A stretch of 64,000 bases of DNA, taken from positions 682,001 through 746,000 of the forward strand of contig NC_087252.1 in the NCBI RefSeq assembly GCF_037042905.1, in the 5' to 3' direction. The notes under the pieces are model-generated. The model made no database searches. It saw only the letters and a list, made by a program, of their open reading frames with translations, and had not been told where the DNA came from. This DNA is from Lytechinus pictus. Lineage: Eukaryota. Below, in pieces: positions 27,094 to 40,432 of the stretch (its first letter is position 1; every line of letters begins with the position of its first letter). The position numbers and the translations under genes were made by a program.

Positions 27094-30000
27094 TTATACA
27101 TCATAAATGTACTTATTCAAAAATGAAAGTTTCAATTTCCTTTTAAAAACAGAAATACTAACAGACCCGGTAATGTTGGAGTTCAAAGAATTCCATAACT
27201 TTGGCCCTGTACAGATCAGTGTTTTCTGAGCAAATATTGTCCTTGCATGAGGAATACGCAGTGCAGTAGCATTTCTTGTTGGGTAATTATGAAATTGGTT
27301 GTTCCTATGAAATAAATATGCTAACGTCAATGGCAAATCACCTCTATGAAAATTATACATGAGTGACCCCAATTGCAGAAGATAAACATCTTCCAACTTC
27401 AAAACATGATGTTCATAAAACAGAGGAGAAGTGTGAGCTAGAAAGTCAGCATTACTAACCGCTCGTATAGCTCTCTTTTGGACCAGAAATAATTTATTCA
27501 GCTGTGTCTTAAGAGAGTTACCCCATGCAAGGATCCCATAATTTATGTAAGGAAGAATCAAAGTTGAATATAGAATTTTCAGAATATGTGTTGGGAGATA
27601 CAATTTAAGCCTGTTTAAAACACCTACATTCTTTGACAACAGCTTACATAATATGTTGATATGAGTTTTCCAATTTAGATTCTCATCAATATGAAGACCC
27701 AGAAATTTAGTTGTAACCACTCTGTCAATTAATACACCATTGAAAGAGATATCACCAGGCAGAGTTTTGATTGTGTTGCTAAATAACATGTAATTAGTCT
27801 TCTTGAGATTGAGGGACAATTTGTTTGCATGAATCCAGGTTGTTATTTTTTGCAACTCAATATTGACGGTATTCAGGAGATATTGAGGATCTTTATGGGA
27901 AAAAAATATATTGGAATCATCTGCAAAAAGTAAAAAGGATAACAGTTTAGATGAATACTGGAAGTCATTAATGTACAATATAAACAAGAGGGGTCCTAAA
28001 AGTGATCCCTGTGGGACACCACATGTTACACTATGTAATTCCGAATCCACACCATTTAAAGAAACAAACTGTTTCCTCTCTGCCAAATAACTTCTGAACC
28101 AGTGAAGGGCTGTGCCTCTCATTCCATAATATTCCAGTTTACTCAACAGAATATTATGATCTACAGTATCAAATGCCTTAGAGTAGTCCAGAAAAATTCC
28201 AATCGTGTGGGTGTGGTTATCAAGGGCATTTGCAATTTTATTAACAAAATGCAAAACAGCATGGCTTGTGGTATGTTTTTCTCTGAAACCGAATTGGAAT
28301 TGAGAGAACACATTACTCTCATTCAAAAACTTTACAGTTCGTACGTATACTAGCTTTTCTAAAAGCTTAGAAAAGGTTGTTAATAGAGAAATTGGACGAT
28401 AATTTGTTAATAATTTTGCATTCCCTTTTTTAAATACAGGCACTACTTTAGCAATTTTCATCTTCAAAGGCACAGCCCCATTTAACAAAGACAGGTTAAA
28501 GATGTGTGCAAGAGGTTTCAATATGCCATCAACAACATCCTTAATTAAACCATTTCCAATACTATCACACCCTGGGCTTTTCCCTTTCTTTAAGGCACCT
28601 ATTAAATCAAGAAGTTCCTTCTCTTTTATGGGCGAGAGGAAAATACTTTGCTTGTTTGGTGACTTAAGATAATGATGAAATTGTTGTTGAAAGTCCGGTA
28701 TTTCCCTTGACAAATTAGGGCCAATATTACAAAAATAAGTATTAAATTTCTCCACAATTATCTTTCGATCATTGATCAAGTTGCCATCAACCTCCAACTC
28801 ATTTATATTTGATACTTTTTGCTTTCCTTTGAATAAGCTATTAATGACCTTCCATGTTGCCTTAATGTCATTACACGCAACCTTCAATTGATTAGCATAA
28901 TATTCTCGTTTAGCAGTGCGCAAAAGTGAAGTGAGGATATTTCTATAACTGGAATATTTTCTTCGTGAATTTTCACATTTACTCACTTTATATTTGTGAA
29001 AAAGTCTATTTTTCTTATTAATTGATCTCAGTAAAGAATGCGTAATCCATGGCATTTTAGGCAATTTCTTATGACTAGGACGGTCCACAGATCGAAATGG
29101 GACATTATCATTATACAATAGCATGAATTTATCAAAAAAAAGTATTAAATGAACTATCTACATCATGATCTGAGAGGACATCATCCCATGTAGTTGCCAT
29201 TAAAGCATTCTTAAACTTGGCAATGTTTTCAGGGCTATTAACCCGAGACCGTTTATTTGCAGTATCAATAAATGGACGCCTGAGCAAAGCCATTCTGCAA
29301 TATACAGGAAAATGATCTGAAAGATCGGAAATGACTATACCAGATTCTGGTAAAGGATGAACATTGCAGAAAATGTTATCGATAAGGGTAGCAGACGTGT
29401 TTGTTATTCTTGTTGGTTTAGTAATCAGTGGAACAAAAGAAGATGAAATAAACATATTCACAATTTCATTAGCCTTATCATCTGAATCGCAGTTAAGCAA
29501 ATTAATATTAAAATCACCCATTAAAAACACACGTTTGTTGTTCAGTAAATTGTTCGTAATTATTGTCTGTATCTGTTCGGAAAATGACTTCAGATTACTA
29601 TGAGGAGGCCTATAAATAACTCCTATAACAACATTTTTCCTGCCTGGAAGTAATAGCTCAACAAAAAAAGTTTCTAAACTCTCATTCATAATAGTGATAT
29701 CTGGACAAAAGTTAAAATCAAATCTGGATGGGACATAGACAGCCAAACCACCACCTCTTTTCTTATCCCTGTTATTAGTAACTAAACTAAAACCAGGAAT
29801 ATTATACAGACTTGTGAGTGTGTCTGGAGAAAACCAGGTCTCAGTAATACCTATAACAGGGGAGGTATTAAGTTGATTGACAAAGACACTAAAGAGATCA
29901 AAATTCCTGCACATGCTCCGCACATTCATGTGGATAAGAGTAAGTGCCTGATTTTCAGGTTCACCCTGGATACTAGTAAAAAACTCATTTTCAGCAAAAT

Positions 30001-30103
30001 ACTTGCAGTTCGAAGATACCACATTATGCTCATCATCAAAATGCAAGAAAGTGTTTGTGTTTGACTAAAAAAATTCACTTATGTTTCCTTCATTTTCAGC
30101 CAT
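27094..30103 (-). pseudogene. LINE ORF2, copy 2
   Basis: 304-aa APE ORF and 676-aa RT ORF split by a T8 tract (29134-29141); in-frame TAG at 30065-30067 after ATG at 30103. Confidence 0.93.
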
Positions 30104-30427
30104 TACATTGATAGGAATAATGTACAAAGTAATGTGCGACCATGCAGTCAACAAAACGTGATACACATTTCAAAATAGTTCTCTTCCTCATACAAGGTAA
30201 AACATTTACAACAGTTGACGTGCTCACAAAGATGGGAAAAAAGAAAGGAAAGGAAAGAAAGGATACAGCATAACATACTAAATATAGCATAGAAAATATA
30301 AAAATACTACCTATACATCTATTCTGAGGTGAGAAAAATAAATGAAAACAAATGGTAAAAGAATTAGAATTATCGCCAAAGGGCCTAAAATAAGGTAACC
30401 CTACTCCACTGATGGAAAGGAGCTGCA

Positions 30428-31153
30428 CTACTTTAAATTGTCAATGTCTCTAATGTCAGTTATAAGCTTTTTCTTGAGGCCACCAGCTGAGTCCTTTAGC
30501 CCCGCGTAGATGCGTCCATCCACGGCCCACACCTTTTCCACCTTCCCTGCGTGTCGGGCCGCATGATAGAGTTTTTGTCTTCGCTGTGTCAGGTCTTCGT
30601 TGAGATAAATCGACGATCCTTTCAAAGAAGGCCTCCCACGGACGAACTTGAACTTTGCGTTCTGAGACGCAAACTTGACAATGATGGGGCGTGAACCAGA
30701 TCTTTCGGCAGCCCAAGCAGCCTTGACAGGTCCAAGGCGGTGGAACCTGTCGATGTCAGATAGGGATATTTCCACCCCCATCCTCTTCGCAACATTTCCC
30801 ACCACCTCGTCGGTTGACTCTCCCTCCTTCTCCTCAATGCCGTAGATACGGATGTTCTTCCTTCGGGAGTACTGCTCCATATCGTCAGTCTTGACTTGAA
30901 GCGCCAGAATCGACTGCTGGGCGGCTTCCTCCCTCTCCCTCAGCTTCTCTATTTCAGCAGCTTGAGCATTCGCCTTCATCTCTAGCTCCAAGATTTTGGA
31001 CTCCTGCTCCTCAAGCCTTGCTGCAAGGCTAGAGATTACAGCCTCCTTCACCATTACCTGCAACAGCTGCTTAAAATCAGAATTGGATCCCAATTCTCCA
31101 ACAACACGGCGGGCAATTTCAGCAGTGTCCGATTTTGCTTGTTTGGGTGACAT
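30428..31153 (-). CDS. LINE ORF1 protein, copy 2
   Basis: Intact 241-aa ORF. Confidence 0.9.
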   Translation of the reverse strand: MSPKQAKSDTAEIARRVVGELGSNSDFKQLLQVMVKEAVISSLAARLEEQESKILELEMKANAQAAEIEKLREREEAAQQSILALQVKTDDMEQYSRRKNIRIYGIEEKEGESTDEVVGNVAKRMGVEISLSDIDRFHRLGPVKAAWAAERSGSRPIIVKFASQNAKFKFVRGRPSLKGSSIYLNEDLTQRRQKLYHAARHAGKVEKVWAVDGRIYAGLKDSAGGLKKKLITDIRDIDNLK

Positions 31154-34100
31154 GGTGCTGGAACGATCAAATAAATCAACTCAGGGGAAGGGAGCTCAAG
31201 CACAGCTTTGCAGACCACAAGGTCACATTCCACAGTTATGACTCCAGAAAGTGAGAGCACATGAGCACATTAAAGTAGAGCAGAACTGACCATGCTGACA
31301 CAAAATCCAATATATGGGGTACTGCACAAAAATCAAGTCATTCCCAGATTCAATACTCACTTGGCCTAATTGGCAATAAGAGAAGGTAAATTAAGACATT
31401 ATATGCATGTTCCTGATGACAAAATCGATAGCCAAAGGATGCTATTGCATATTAAACACAGAAGACCGCGAAAGCAGGTAAAATGATATTGGTGATGATG
31501 ATGGAGATTACTAGTAACCTGTATGTATGTATGTATGTGTTCCCCGATTATCATCAATTTATAAAATATTTGGGGGCCAACACGCCCCGGGCTCATACGC
31601 CTATATGGGAAAGATACAGGTATACCGGTAGCAGGGGCCCGGGATGTGCGCCATACAAGAGGGCAGGTGATGTGAATCGAAGAAGGAAATCTTTTACGAA
31701 GGACATTTTTGACACAATATCAAGTCTAAAATGAATATGATTGTTTTCGCTTTTTTTTTTGGCATCCATCAATTTTTTTAGGGGGGCACCTGGGGGCACA
31801 CGATATTTTGCCCCCCCCCCCCTCGTAGCTACGCCCCTGCCCCCTCCCCATTTTGCCGGAAAGGTGCGTCGGTTATTGTTTTTTTCTCTGTTTCAATATA
31901 GTCAACCTCAGCAGTCTAAAACCTTTTTGCAAGAATAATCCTTCCTAAATATTATAATTTATTATTAATAATTTCCTATTTTCTGAGATGAAAACAAGAG
32001 GTTATGAGCATTATTTGCAATCATGAATATGATTATCTCAACAATCGACGCGTTCGCGAAGCGCGAGTTAAAAAATTGATTTTCCGACCTCAAACTGGAC
32101 ACTCTATACACTATTGGTAATCTTGAAGAATAATGTGTTTCTAAATCTGTTGAGTTTGGCCGTGAAGACTAGCGATGATCTGGCAACCCTGTTTCTAAGT
32201 AAACATTTCATTACAGATGATTATTTGTTACTTTCAAGAGATATAGATTTTTACAAAGCAAAATTTGATAAATGCAAATGTACTTTTGATACAAAACAGA
32301 TGGAATATTTTTGGAAAGAACATAACAAATAAATAATAATAATAATAATAACAATAATAATAATAATAATAATAAATAATATGAACAAAAAGTCGAAACG
32401 GGAATATTATTGTAACAAATTCAAAGAATTCGCGAAAAATGATCTAAAACAAAAATGGAAAGTAATAAAAGAACTCCTACCAGCCAAAAAGTCGGAGTCT
32501 GAAATAATTTTAAGATAGAACATGAAAGTGTGAAAATTGAAAACAATGTAGAAATTGGTAATGTATTTAATCAAATGTTTAATAGTTTCGCAGATGAAAT
32601 AAAGGGTTCCAGTACGCAAAGCCAACATGATGTACATACTGATGGCAACTATATGCAAAATGTACCAACCACATAGGATACCTTTTCTTTTTCAGATATT
32701 AAAGAGGATTTTGTATTAAAAGAACTGAATAGTATTGATACGCGTAAAGCCTACGGTCTTGATGGCTTACATCCTACGTTGTTAAAATGTGCGCAGTACA
32801 GTTTGATATGATTAATGAATGGATGGACAGAAACGAAATGTATATTAACGTCGACAAAACGTCCAGAATGTCTGGGAAGGGGTGTCCCCATCTCAGGGCA
32901 GGGAATTTTTTGCATTTGGGGTCTCAATAAAAGTTTTCTGATGCATGTTTGTACTGCGTCTTTGTGTGCGAATGGAATACTCCAGGATAACAGAAATTTA
33001 TTCCCGTTAACCAACAGCACAAATAGTCAGTTTTATTGGGGGTATATTAGGCAAAAATCCATGCAATTTACTCAAATGTGCGAACGAGCGAAGCGAGCGA
33101 GCGCTTCGCAAAGTATAAATATCCATGTCTAGTAAGGAAATGAAATGACGATTGAGAGACAAGAGAGTACATAATATATAAGCCATGCAGTTTTCCGGAA
33201 TGGAATATAAGTTGTGGATATTGTAATAAAGCATTACTTTGAAGTGGTATAATAAATGATCAATTTTTAGCAGATTGAGGACTGTTAAACTGTAATGCGA
33301 CCGGGGGAAGAAATGCGGGCGTTTCCCCTCCCAGGTCTGATAGGGATTCGGAGGATTTTTGGATATCAAAAGCAAGAGTTATAGGGAAAGCATGTTAATC
33401 TAAAATTACATTATGTCCTCGTGAATATTTTCTGCATATAAAGGTTAAATACAATGTCACAACTTGGAGAGAATGTACGAGTGCTAGAGAATGGAGGGAG
33501 CAAGCTTTGAAAATTGTATATTTAAAATATTTATATATATAGTTAAGTGTTTTTCCTTTATTTCATAAACAAGAGATTAGTGTGATATGGTATTGTTTAT
33601 TTGAGTTTATTTTGTCACCACAAAAGCGCTACCCCTTCTTGCAAAATCCCCAAAGTAGTTTTGTGTACGGTGAGTGGGTATGGGCTTACGAGCACACCTT
33701 TGTGGGGGAGGGGGGGGGGGGGGCGGGAGGGCTTAACAATATCAATATTGCCAGAATATCAGCCTTTCAGATTTTGTTAAGAGCAAGTAAGAAAAGTTGG
33801 TTATAAAAGCGTATGAATATTAATACATGTGCATTCAGACATAAAATTACTCCAAATTTTTGAGGATATTTTCAGCACTTTGTTGCCGGAATATTTGCAA
33901 ATGACTCCGGTTGAATGAATGAACTTTATTGATCTTCCTTGAAAAAGTAACATATAACAAGATACATGTACAATATCATATGCTAACGCATATGTTGAAA
34001 ACGTTTAAAGCAACAAATATCGATAATTAAAGGAAAGTAATGTAAAGACAAGGAAGACGAGGAGACCTTTGGAAGCCAGGCTTGTTATACGGTCCCTCAG

Positions 34101-34512
34101 TATTGAAACAATACATTATTTGTTTAAAGCAAAACTTGATTCTAGCTTAACTGGTTGATAATACTAAAAAAAAAGAAATAGGTTGTACTAAGGTTATACA
34201 AGGATACATATGTGGTTAAAAATTATTTACAGATGAATAATGGATATGTTGAAGAAAAAAAAAAGTAGGTATAAAAAAAAAACCAGATAGATAGATAGAC
34301 AAATAGATAGATAGAATAACGGGGGGAGCACGAAGTTACAAGATAGAAAATGGCAAGAGATAAGAGATTTGTAACAAAAACTATAATTGAAATGACTACT
34401 ACATGTAGTACTTAATAACAGGAGTACATGTACATGTACCAGTTGGTCGAGACATTTTACATAATTTATATTGCTAATCACATAGTTCTGCATGTATTTA
34501 AAAGAAAAACAA

Positions 34513-37500
34513 TTATACATCATAAATGTACTTATTCAAAAATGAAAGTTTCAATTTCCTTTTAAAAACAGAAATACTAACAGACCCGGTAATGTTGGAG
34601 TTCAAAGAATTCCATAACTTTGGCCCTGTACAGATCAGTGTTTTCTGAGCAAATATTGTCCTTGCATGAGGAATACGCAGTGCAGTAGCATTTCTTGTTG
34701 GGTAATTATGAAATTGGTTGTTCCTATGAAATAAATATGCTAACGTCAATGGCAAATCACCTCTATGAAAATTATACATGAGTGACCCCAATTGCAGAAG
34801 ATAAACATCTTCCAACTTCAAAACATGATGTTCATAAAACAGAGGAGAAGTGTGAGCTAGAAAGTCAGCATTACTAACCGCTCGTATAGCTCTCTTTTGG
34901 ACCAGAAATAATTTATTCAGCTGTGTCTTAAGAGAGTTACCCCATGCAAGGATCCCATAATTTATGTAAGGAAGAATCAAAGTTGAATATAGAATTTTCA
35001 GAATATGTGTTGGGAGATACAATTTAAGCCTGTTTAAAACACCTACATTCTTTGACAACAGCTTACATAATATGTTGATATGAGTTTTCCAATTTAGATT
35101 CTCATCAATATGAAGACCCAGAAATTTAGTTGTAACCACTCTGTCAATTAATACACCATTGAAAGAGATATCACCAGGCAGAGTTTTGATTGTGTTGCTA
35201 AATAACATGTAATTAGTCTTCTTGAGATTGAGGGACAATTTGTTTGCATGAATCCAGGTTGTTATTTTTTGCAACTCAATATTGACGGTATTCAGGAGAT
35301 ATTGAGGATCTTTATGGGAAAAAAATATATTGGAATCATCTGCAAAAAGTAAAAAGGATAACAGTTTAGATGAATACTGGAAGTCATTAATGTACAATAT
35401 AAACAAGAGGGGTCCTAAAAGTGATCCCTGTGGGACACCACATGTTACACTATGTAATTCCGAATCCACACCATTTAAAGAAACAAACTGTTTCCTCTCT
35501 GCCAAATAACTTCTGAACCAGTGAAGGGCTGTGCCTCTCATTCCATAATATTCCAGTTTACTCAACAGAATATTATGATCTACAGTATCAAATGCCTTAG
35601 AGTAGTCCAGAAAAATTCCAATCGTGTGGGTGTGGTTATCAAGGGCATTTGCAATTTTATTAACAAAATGCAAAACAGCATGGCTTGTGGTATGTTTTTC
35701 TCTGAAACCGAATTGGAATTGAGAGAACACATTACTCTCATTCAAAAACTTTACAGTTCGTACGTATACTAGCTTTTCTAAAAGCTTAGAAAAGGTTGTT
35801 AATAGAGAAATTGGACGATAATTTGTTAATAATTTTGCATTCCCTTTTTTAAATACAGGCACTACTTTAGCAATTTTCATCTTCAAAGGCACAGCCCCAT
35901 TTAACAAAGACAGGTTAAAGATGTGTGCAAGAGGTTTCAATATGCCATCAACAACATCCTTAATTAAACCATTTCCAATACTATCACACCCTGGGCTTTT
36001 CCCTTTCTTTAAGGCACCTATTAAATCAAGAAGTTCCTTCTCTTTTATGGGCGAGAGGAAAATACTTTGCTTGTTTGGTGACTTAAGATAATGATGAAAT
36101 TGTTGTTGAAAGTCCGGTATTTCCCTTGACAAATTAGGGCCAATATTACAAAAATAAGTATTAAATTTCTCCACAATTATCTTTCGATCATTGATCAAGT
36201 TGCCATCAACCTCCAACTCATTTATATTTGATACTTTTTGCTTTCCTTTGAATAAGCTATTAATGACCTTCCATGTTGCCTTAATGTCATTACACGCAAC
36301 CTTCAATTGATTAGCATAATATTCTCGTTTAGCAGTGCGCAAAAGTGAAGTGAGGATATTTCTATAACTGGAATATTTTCTTCGTGAATTTTCACATTTA
36401 CTCACTTTATATTTGTGAAAAAGTCTATTTTTCTTATTAATTGATCTCAGTAAAGAATGCGTAATCCATGGCATTTTAGGCAATTTCTTATGACTAGGAC
36501 GGTCCACAGATCGAAATGGGACATTATCATTATACAATAGCATGAATTTATCAAAAAAAAGTATTAAATGAACTATCTACATCATGATCTGAGAGGACAT
36601 CATCCCATGTAGTTGCCATTAAAGCATTCTTAAACTTGGCAATGTTTTCAGGGCTATTAACCCGAGACCGTTTATTTGCAGTATCAATAAATGGACGCCT
36701 GAGCAAAGCCATTCTGCAATATACAGGAAAATGATCTGAAAGATCGGAAATGACTATACCAGATTCTGGTAAAGGATGAACATTGCAGAAAATGTTATCG
36801 ATAAGGGTAGCAGACGTGTTTGTTATTCTTGTTGGTTTAGTAATCAGTGGAACAAAAGAAGATGAAATAAACATATTCACAATTTCATTAGCCTTATCAT
36901 CTGAATCGCAGTTAAGCAAATTAATATTAAAATCACCCATTAAAAACACACGTTTGTTGTTCAGTAAATTGTTCGTAATTATTGTCTGTATCTGTTCGGA
37001 AAATGACTTCAGATTACTATGAGGAGGCCTATAAATAACTCCTATAACAACATTTTTCCTGCCTGGAAGTAATAGCTCAACAAAAAAAGTTTCTAAACTC
37101 TCATTCATAATAGTGATATCTGGACAAAAGTTAAAATCAAATCTGGATGGGACATAGACAGCCAAACCACCACCTCTTTTCTTATCCCTGTTATTAGTAA
37201 CTAAACTAAAACCAGGAATATTATACAGACTTGTGAGTGTGTCTGGAGAAAACCAGGTCTCAGTAATACCTATAACAGGGGAGGTATTAAGTTGATTGAC
37301 AAAGACACTAAAGAGATCAAAATTCCTGCACATGCTCCGCACATTCATGTGGATAAGAGTAAGTGCCTGATTTTCAGGTTCACCCTGGATACTAGTAAAA
37401 AACTCATTTTCAGCAAAATACTTGCAGTTCGAAGATACCACATTATGCTCATCATCAAAATGCAAGAAAGTGTTTGTGTTTGACTAAAAAAATTCACTTA

Positions 37501-37522
37501 TGTTTCCTTCATTTTCAGCCAT
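34513..37522 (-). pseudogene. LINE ORF2, copy 3
   Basis: Same TAG (37484-37486) and T8 frameshift (36553-36560) as copy 2. Confidence 0.93.
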
Positions 37523-37846
37523 TACATTGATAGGAATAATGTACAAAGTAATGTGCGACCATGCAGTCAACAAAACGTGATACACATTTCAAAATAGTTC
37601 TCTTCCTCATACAAGGTAAAACATTTACAACAGTTGACGTGCTCACAAAGATGGGAAAAAAGAAAGGAAAGGAAAGAAAGGATACAGCAAAACATACTAA
37701 ATATAGCATAGAAAATATAAAAATACTACCTATACATCTATTCTGAGGTGAGAAAAATAAATGAAAACAAATGGTAAAAGAATTAGAATTATCGCCAAAG
37801 GGCCTAAAATAAGGTAACCCTACTCCACTGATGGAAAGGAGCTGCA

Positions 37847-38564
37847 CTACTTTAAATTGTCAATGTCTCTAATGTCAGTTATAAGCTTTTTCTTGAGGCC
37901 ACCAGCTGAGTCCTTTAGCCCCGCGTAGATGCGTCCATCCACGGCCCACACCTTTTCCACCTTCCCTGCGTGTCGGGCCGCATGATAGAGTTTTTGTCTT
38001 CGCTGTGTCAGGTCTTCGTTGAGATAAATCGACGATCCTTTCAAAGAAGGCCTCCCACGGACGAACTTGAACTTTGCGTTCTGAGACGCAAACTTGACAA
38101 TGATGGGGCGTGAACCAGATCTTTCGGCAGCCCAAGCAGCCTTGACAGGTCCAAGGCGGTGGAACCTGTCGATGTCAGATAGGGATATTTCCACCCCCAT
38201 CCTCTTCGCAACATTTCCCACCACCTCGTCGGTTGACTCTCCCTCCTTCTCCTCAATGCCGTAGATACGGATGTTCTTCCTTCGGGAGTACTGCTCCATA
38301 TCGTCAGTCTTGACTTGAAGCGCCAGAATCGACTGCTGGGCGGCTTCCTCCCTCTCCCTCAGCTTCTCTATTTCAGCAGCTTGAGCATTCGCCTTCATCT
38401 CTAGCTCCAAGATTTTGGACTCCTGCTCCTCAAGCCTTGCTGCAAGGCTAGAGATCATTCACCATTACCTGCAACAGCTGCTTAATATCAGAATTGGATC
38501 CCAATTCTCCAACAACACGGCGGGCAATTTCAGCAGTGTCCGATTTTGCTTGTTTGGGTGACAT
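37847..38564 (-). pseudogene. LINE ORF1, copy 3, frameshifted
   Basis: Net 8-bp deletion near 38455 (gagatcattcacc versus gagattacagcctccttcacc). Confidence 0.85.
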
Positions 38565-39795
38565 GGTGCTGGAAAGATCAAATATATCAACTCAGGGGAA
38601 GGGAGCTCAAGCACAGCTTTGCAGACCACAAGGTCACATTCCACAGTTATGACTCCAGAAAGTGAGAGCACATGAGCACATTAAAGTAGAGCAGAACTGA
38701 CCATGCTGACACAAAATCCAATATATGGGGTACTGCACAAAAATCAAGTCATTCCCAGATTCAATACTCACTTGGCCTAATTGGCAATAAGAGAAGGTAA
38801 ATTAAGACATTATATGCATGTTCCTGATGACAAAATCGATAGCCAAAGGATGCTATTGCATATTAAACACAGAAGACCGCGAAAGCAGGTAAAATGATAT
38901 TGGTGATGATGATGGAGATTACTAGTAACCTGTATGTATGTATGTATGTGTTCCCCGATTATCATCAATTTATAAAATATTTGGGGGCCAACACGCCCCG
39001 GGCTCATACGCCTATATGGGAAAGATACAGGTATACCGGTAGCAGGGGCCCGGGATGTGCGCCATACAAGAGGGCAGGTGATGTGAATCGAAGAAGGAAA
39101 TCTTTTACGAAGGACATTTTTGACACAATATCAAGTCTAAAATGAATATGATTGTTTTCGCTTTTTTTTTTGGCATCCATCAATTTTTTTAGGGGGGCAC
39201 CTGGGGGCACACGATATTTTGCCCCCCCCCCCTCGTAGCTACGCCCCTGCCCCCTCCCCATTTTGCCGGAAAGGTGCGTCGGTTATTGTTTTTTTCTCTG
39301 TTTCAATATAGTCAACCTCAGCAGTCTAAAACCTTTTTGCAAGAATAATCCTTCCTAAATATTATAATTTATTATTAATAATTTCCTATTTTCTGAGATG
39401 AAAACAAGAGGTTATGAGCATTATTTGCAATCATGAATATGATTATCTCAACAATCGACGCGTTCGCGAAGCGCGAGTTAAAAAATTGATTTTCCGACCT
39501 CAAACTGGACACTCTAAACACTATTGGTAATCATGAAGAATAATGTGTTTCTAAATCTGTTGAGTTTGGCCGTGAAGACTAGCGATGATCTGGCAACCCT
39601 GTTTCTAAGTAAACATTTCATTACAGATGATTATTTGTTACTTTCAAGAGATAGAGATTTTTACAAAGCAAAATTTGATAAATGCAAATGTACTTTTGAT
39701 ACAAAACAGATGGAATATTTTTGGAAAGAACATAACAAATAAATAATAATAATAATAATAACAATAATAATAATAATAATAATAAATAATATGAA

Positions 39796-40432
39796 CAAAA
39801 AGTCGAAACGGGAATATTATTGTAACAAATTCAAAGAATTCGCGAAAAATGATCTAAAACAAAAATGGAAAGTAATAAAAGAACTCCTACCAGCCAAAAA
39901 GTCGGAGTCTGAAATAATTTTAAGATAGAACATGAAAGTGTGAAAATTGAAAACAATGTAGAAATTGGTAATGTATTTAATCAAATGTTTAATAGTTTCG
40001 CAGATGAAATAAAGGGTTCCAGTACGCAAAGCCAACATGATGTACATACTGATGGCAACTATATGCAAAATGTACCAACCACATAGGATACCTTTTCTTT
40101 TTCAGATATTAAAGAGGATTTTGTATTAAAAGAACTGAATAGTATTGATACGCGTAAAGCCTACGGTCTTGATGGCTTACATCCTACGTTGTTAAAATGT
40201 GCGCAGTACAGTTTGATATGATTAATGAATGGATGGACAGAAACGAAATGTATATTAACGTCGACAAAACCAAAGTTATGATATATGACTCAGTACAGAA
40301 AATCAACAAATAAATGTTAAATTCATATCATGTCAAAATCTAAAATTGGAAAACGTAGATAGATTCAAATATCTTGGAGTTACTATTGACCCACTTATGA
40401 AATGGACAAAGCATATTAACACTGTGTTAAAA
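39796..40432 (+). pseudogene. Old LINE RT fragment, continuing past the amplification breakpoint
   Basis: Continues INVDKTKVM ... VDRFKYLGVTIDPLMKWTKHINTV beyond 40270. Confidence 0.8.

Larger units (their letters stand above)
26491..31299 (-). mobile_element. CR1/L2-group LINE, copy 2
   Basis: Near-identical to copy 1. Confidence 0.95.
33911..38710 (-). mobile_element. CR1/L2-group LINE, copy 3
   Basis: Near-identical to copy 2. Confidence 0.95.
18031..40270 (+). repeat. Head-to-tail triplication of a ~7.41-kb unit (18031-25444, 25450-32860, 32866-40270)
   Basis: Near-identical sequence and ORF sets in all three; both junctions read ...gtcgacaaaac-GTCCA-gaatgtctggg... Confidence 0.98.
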
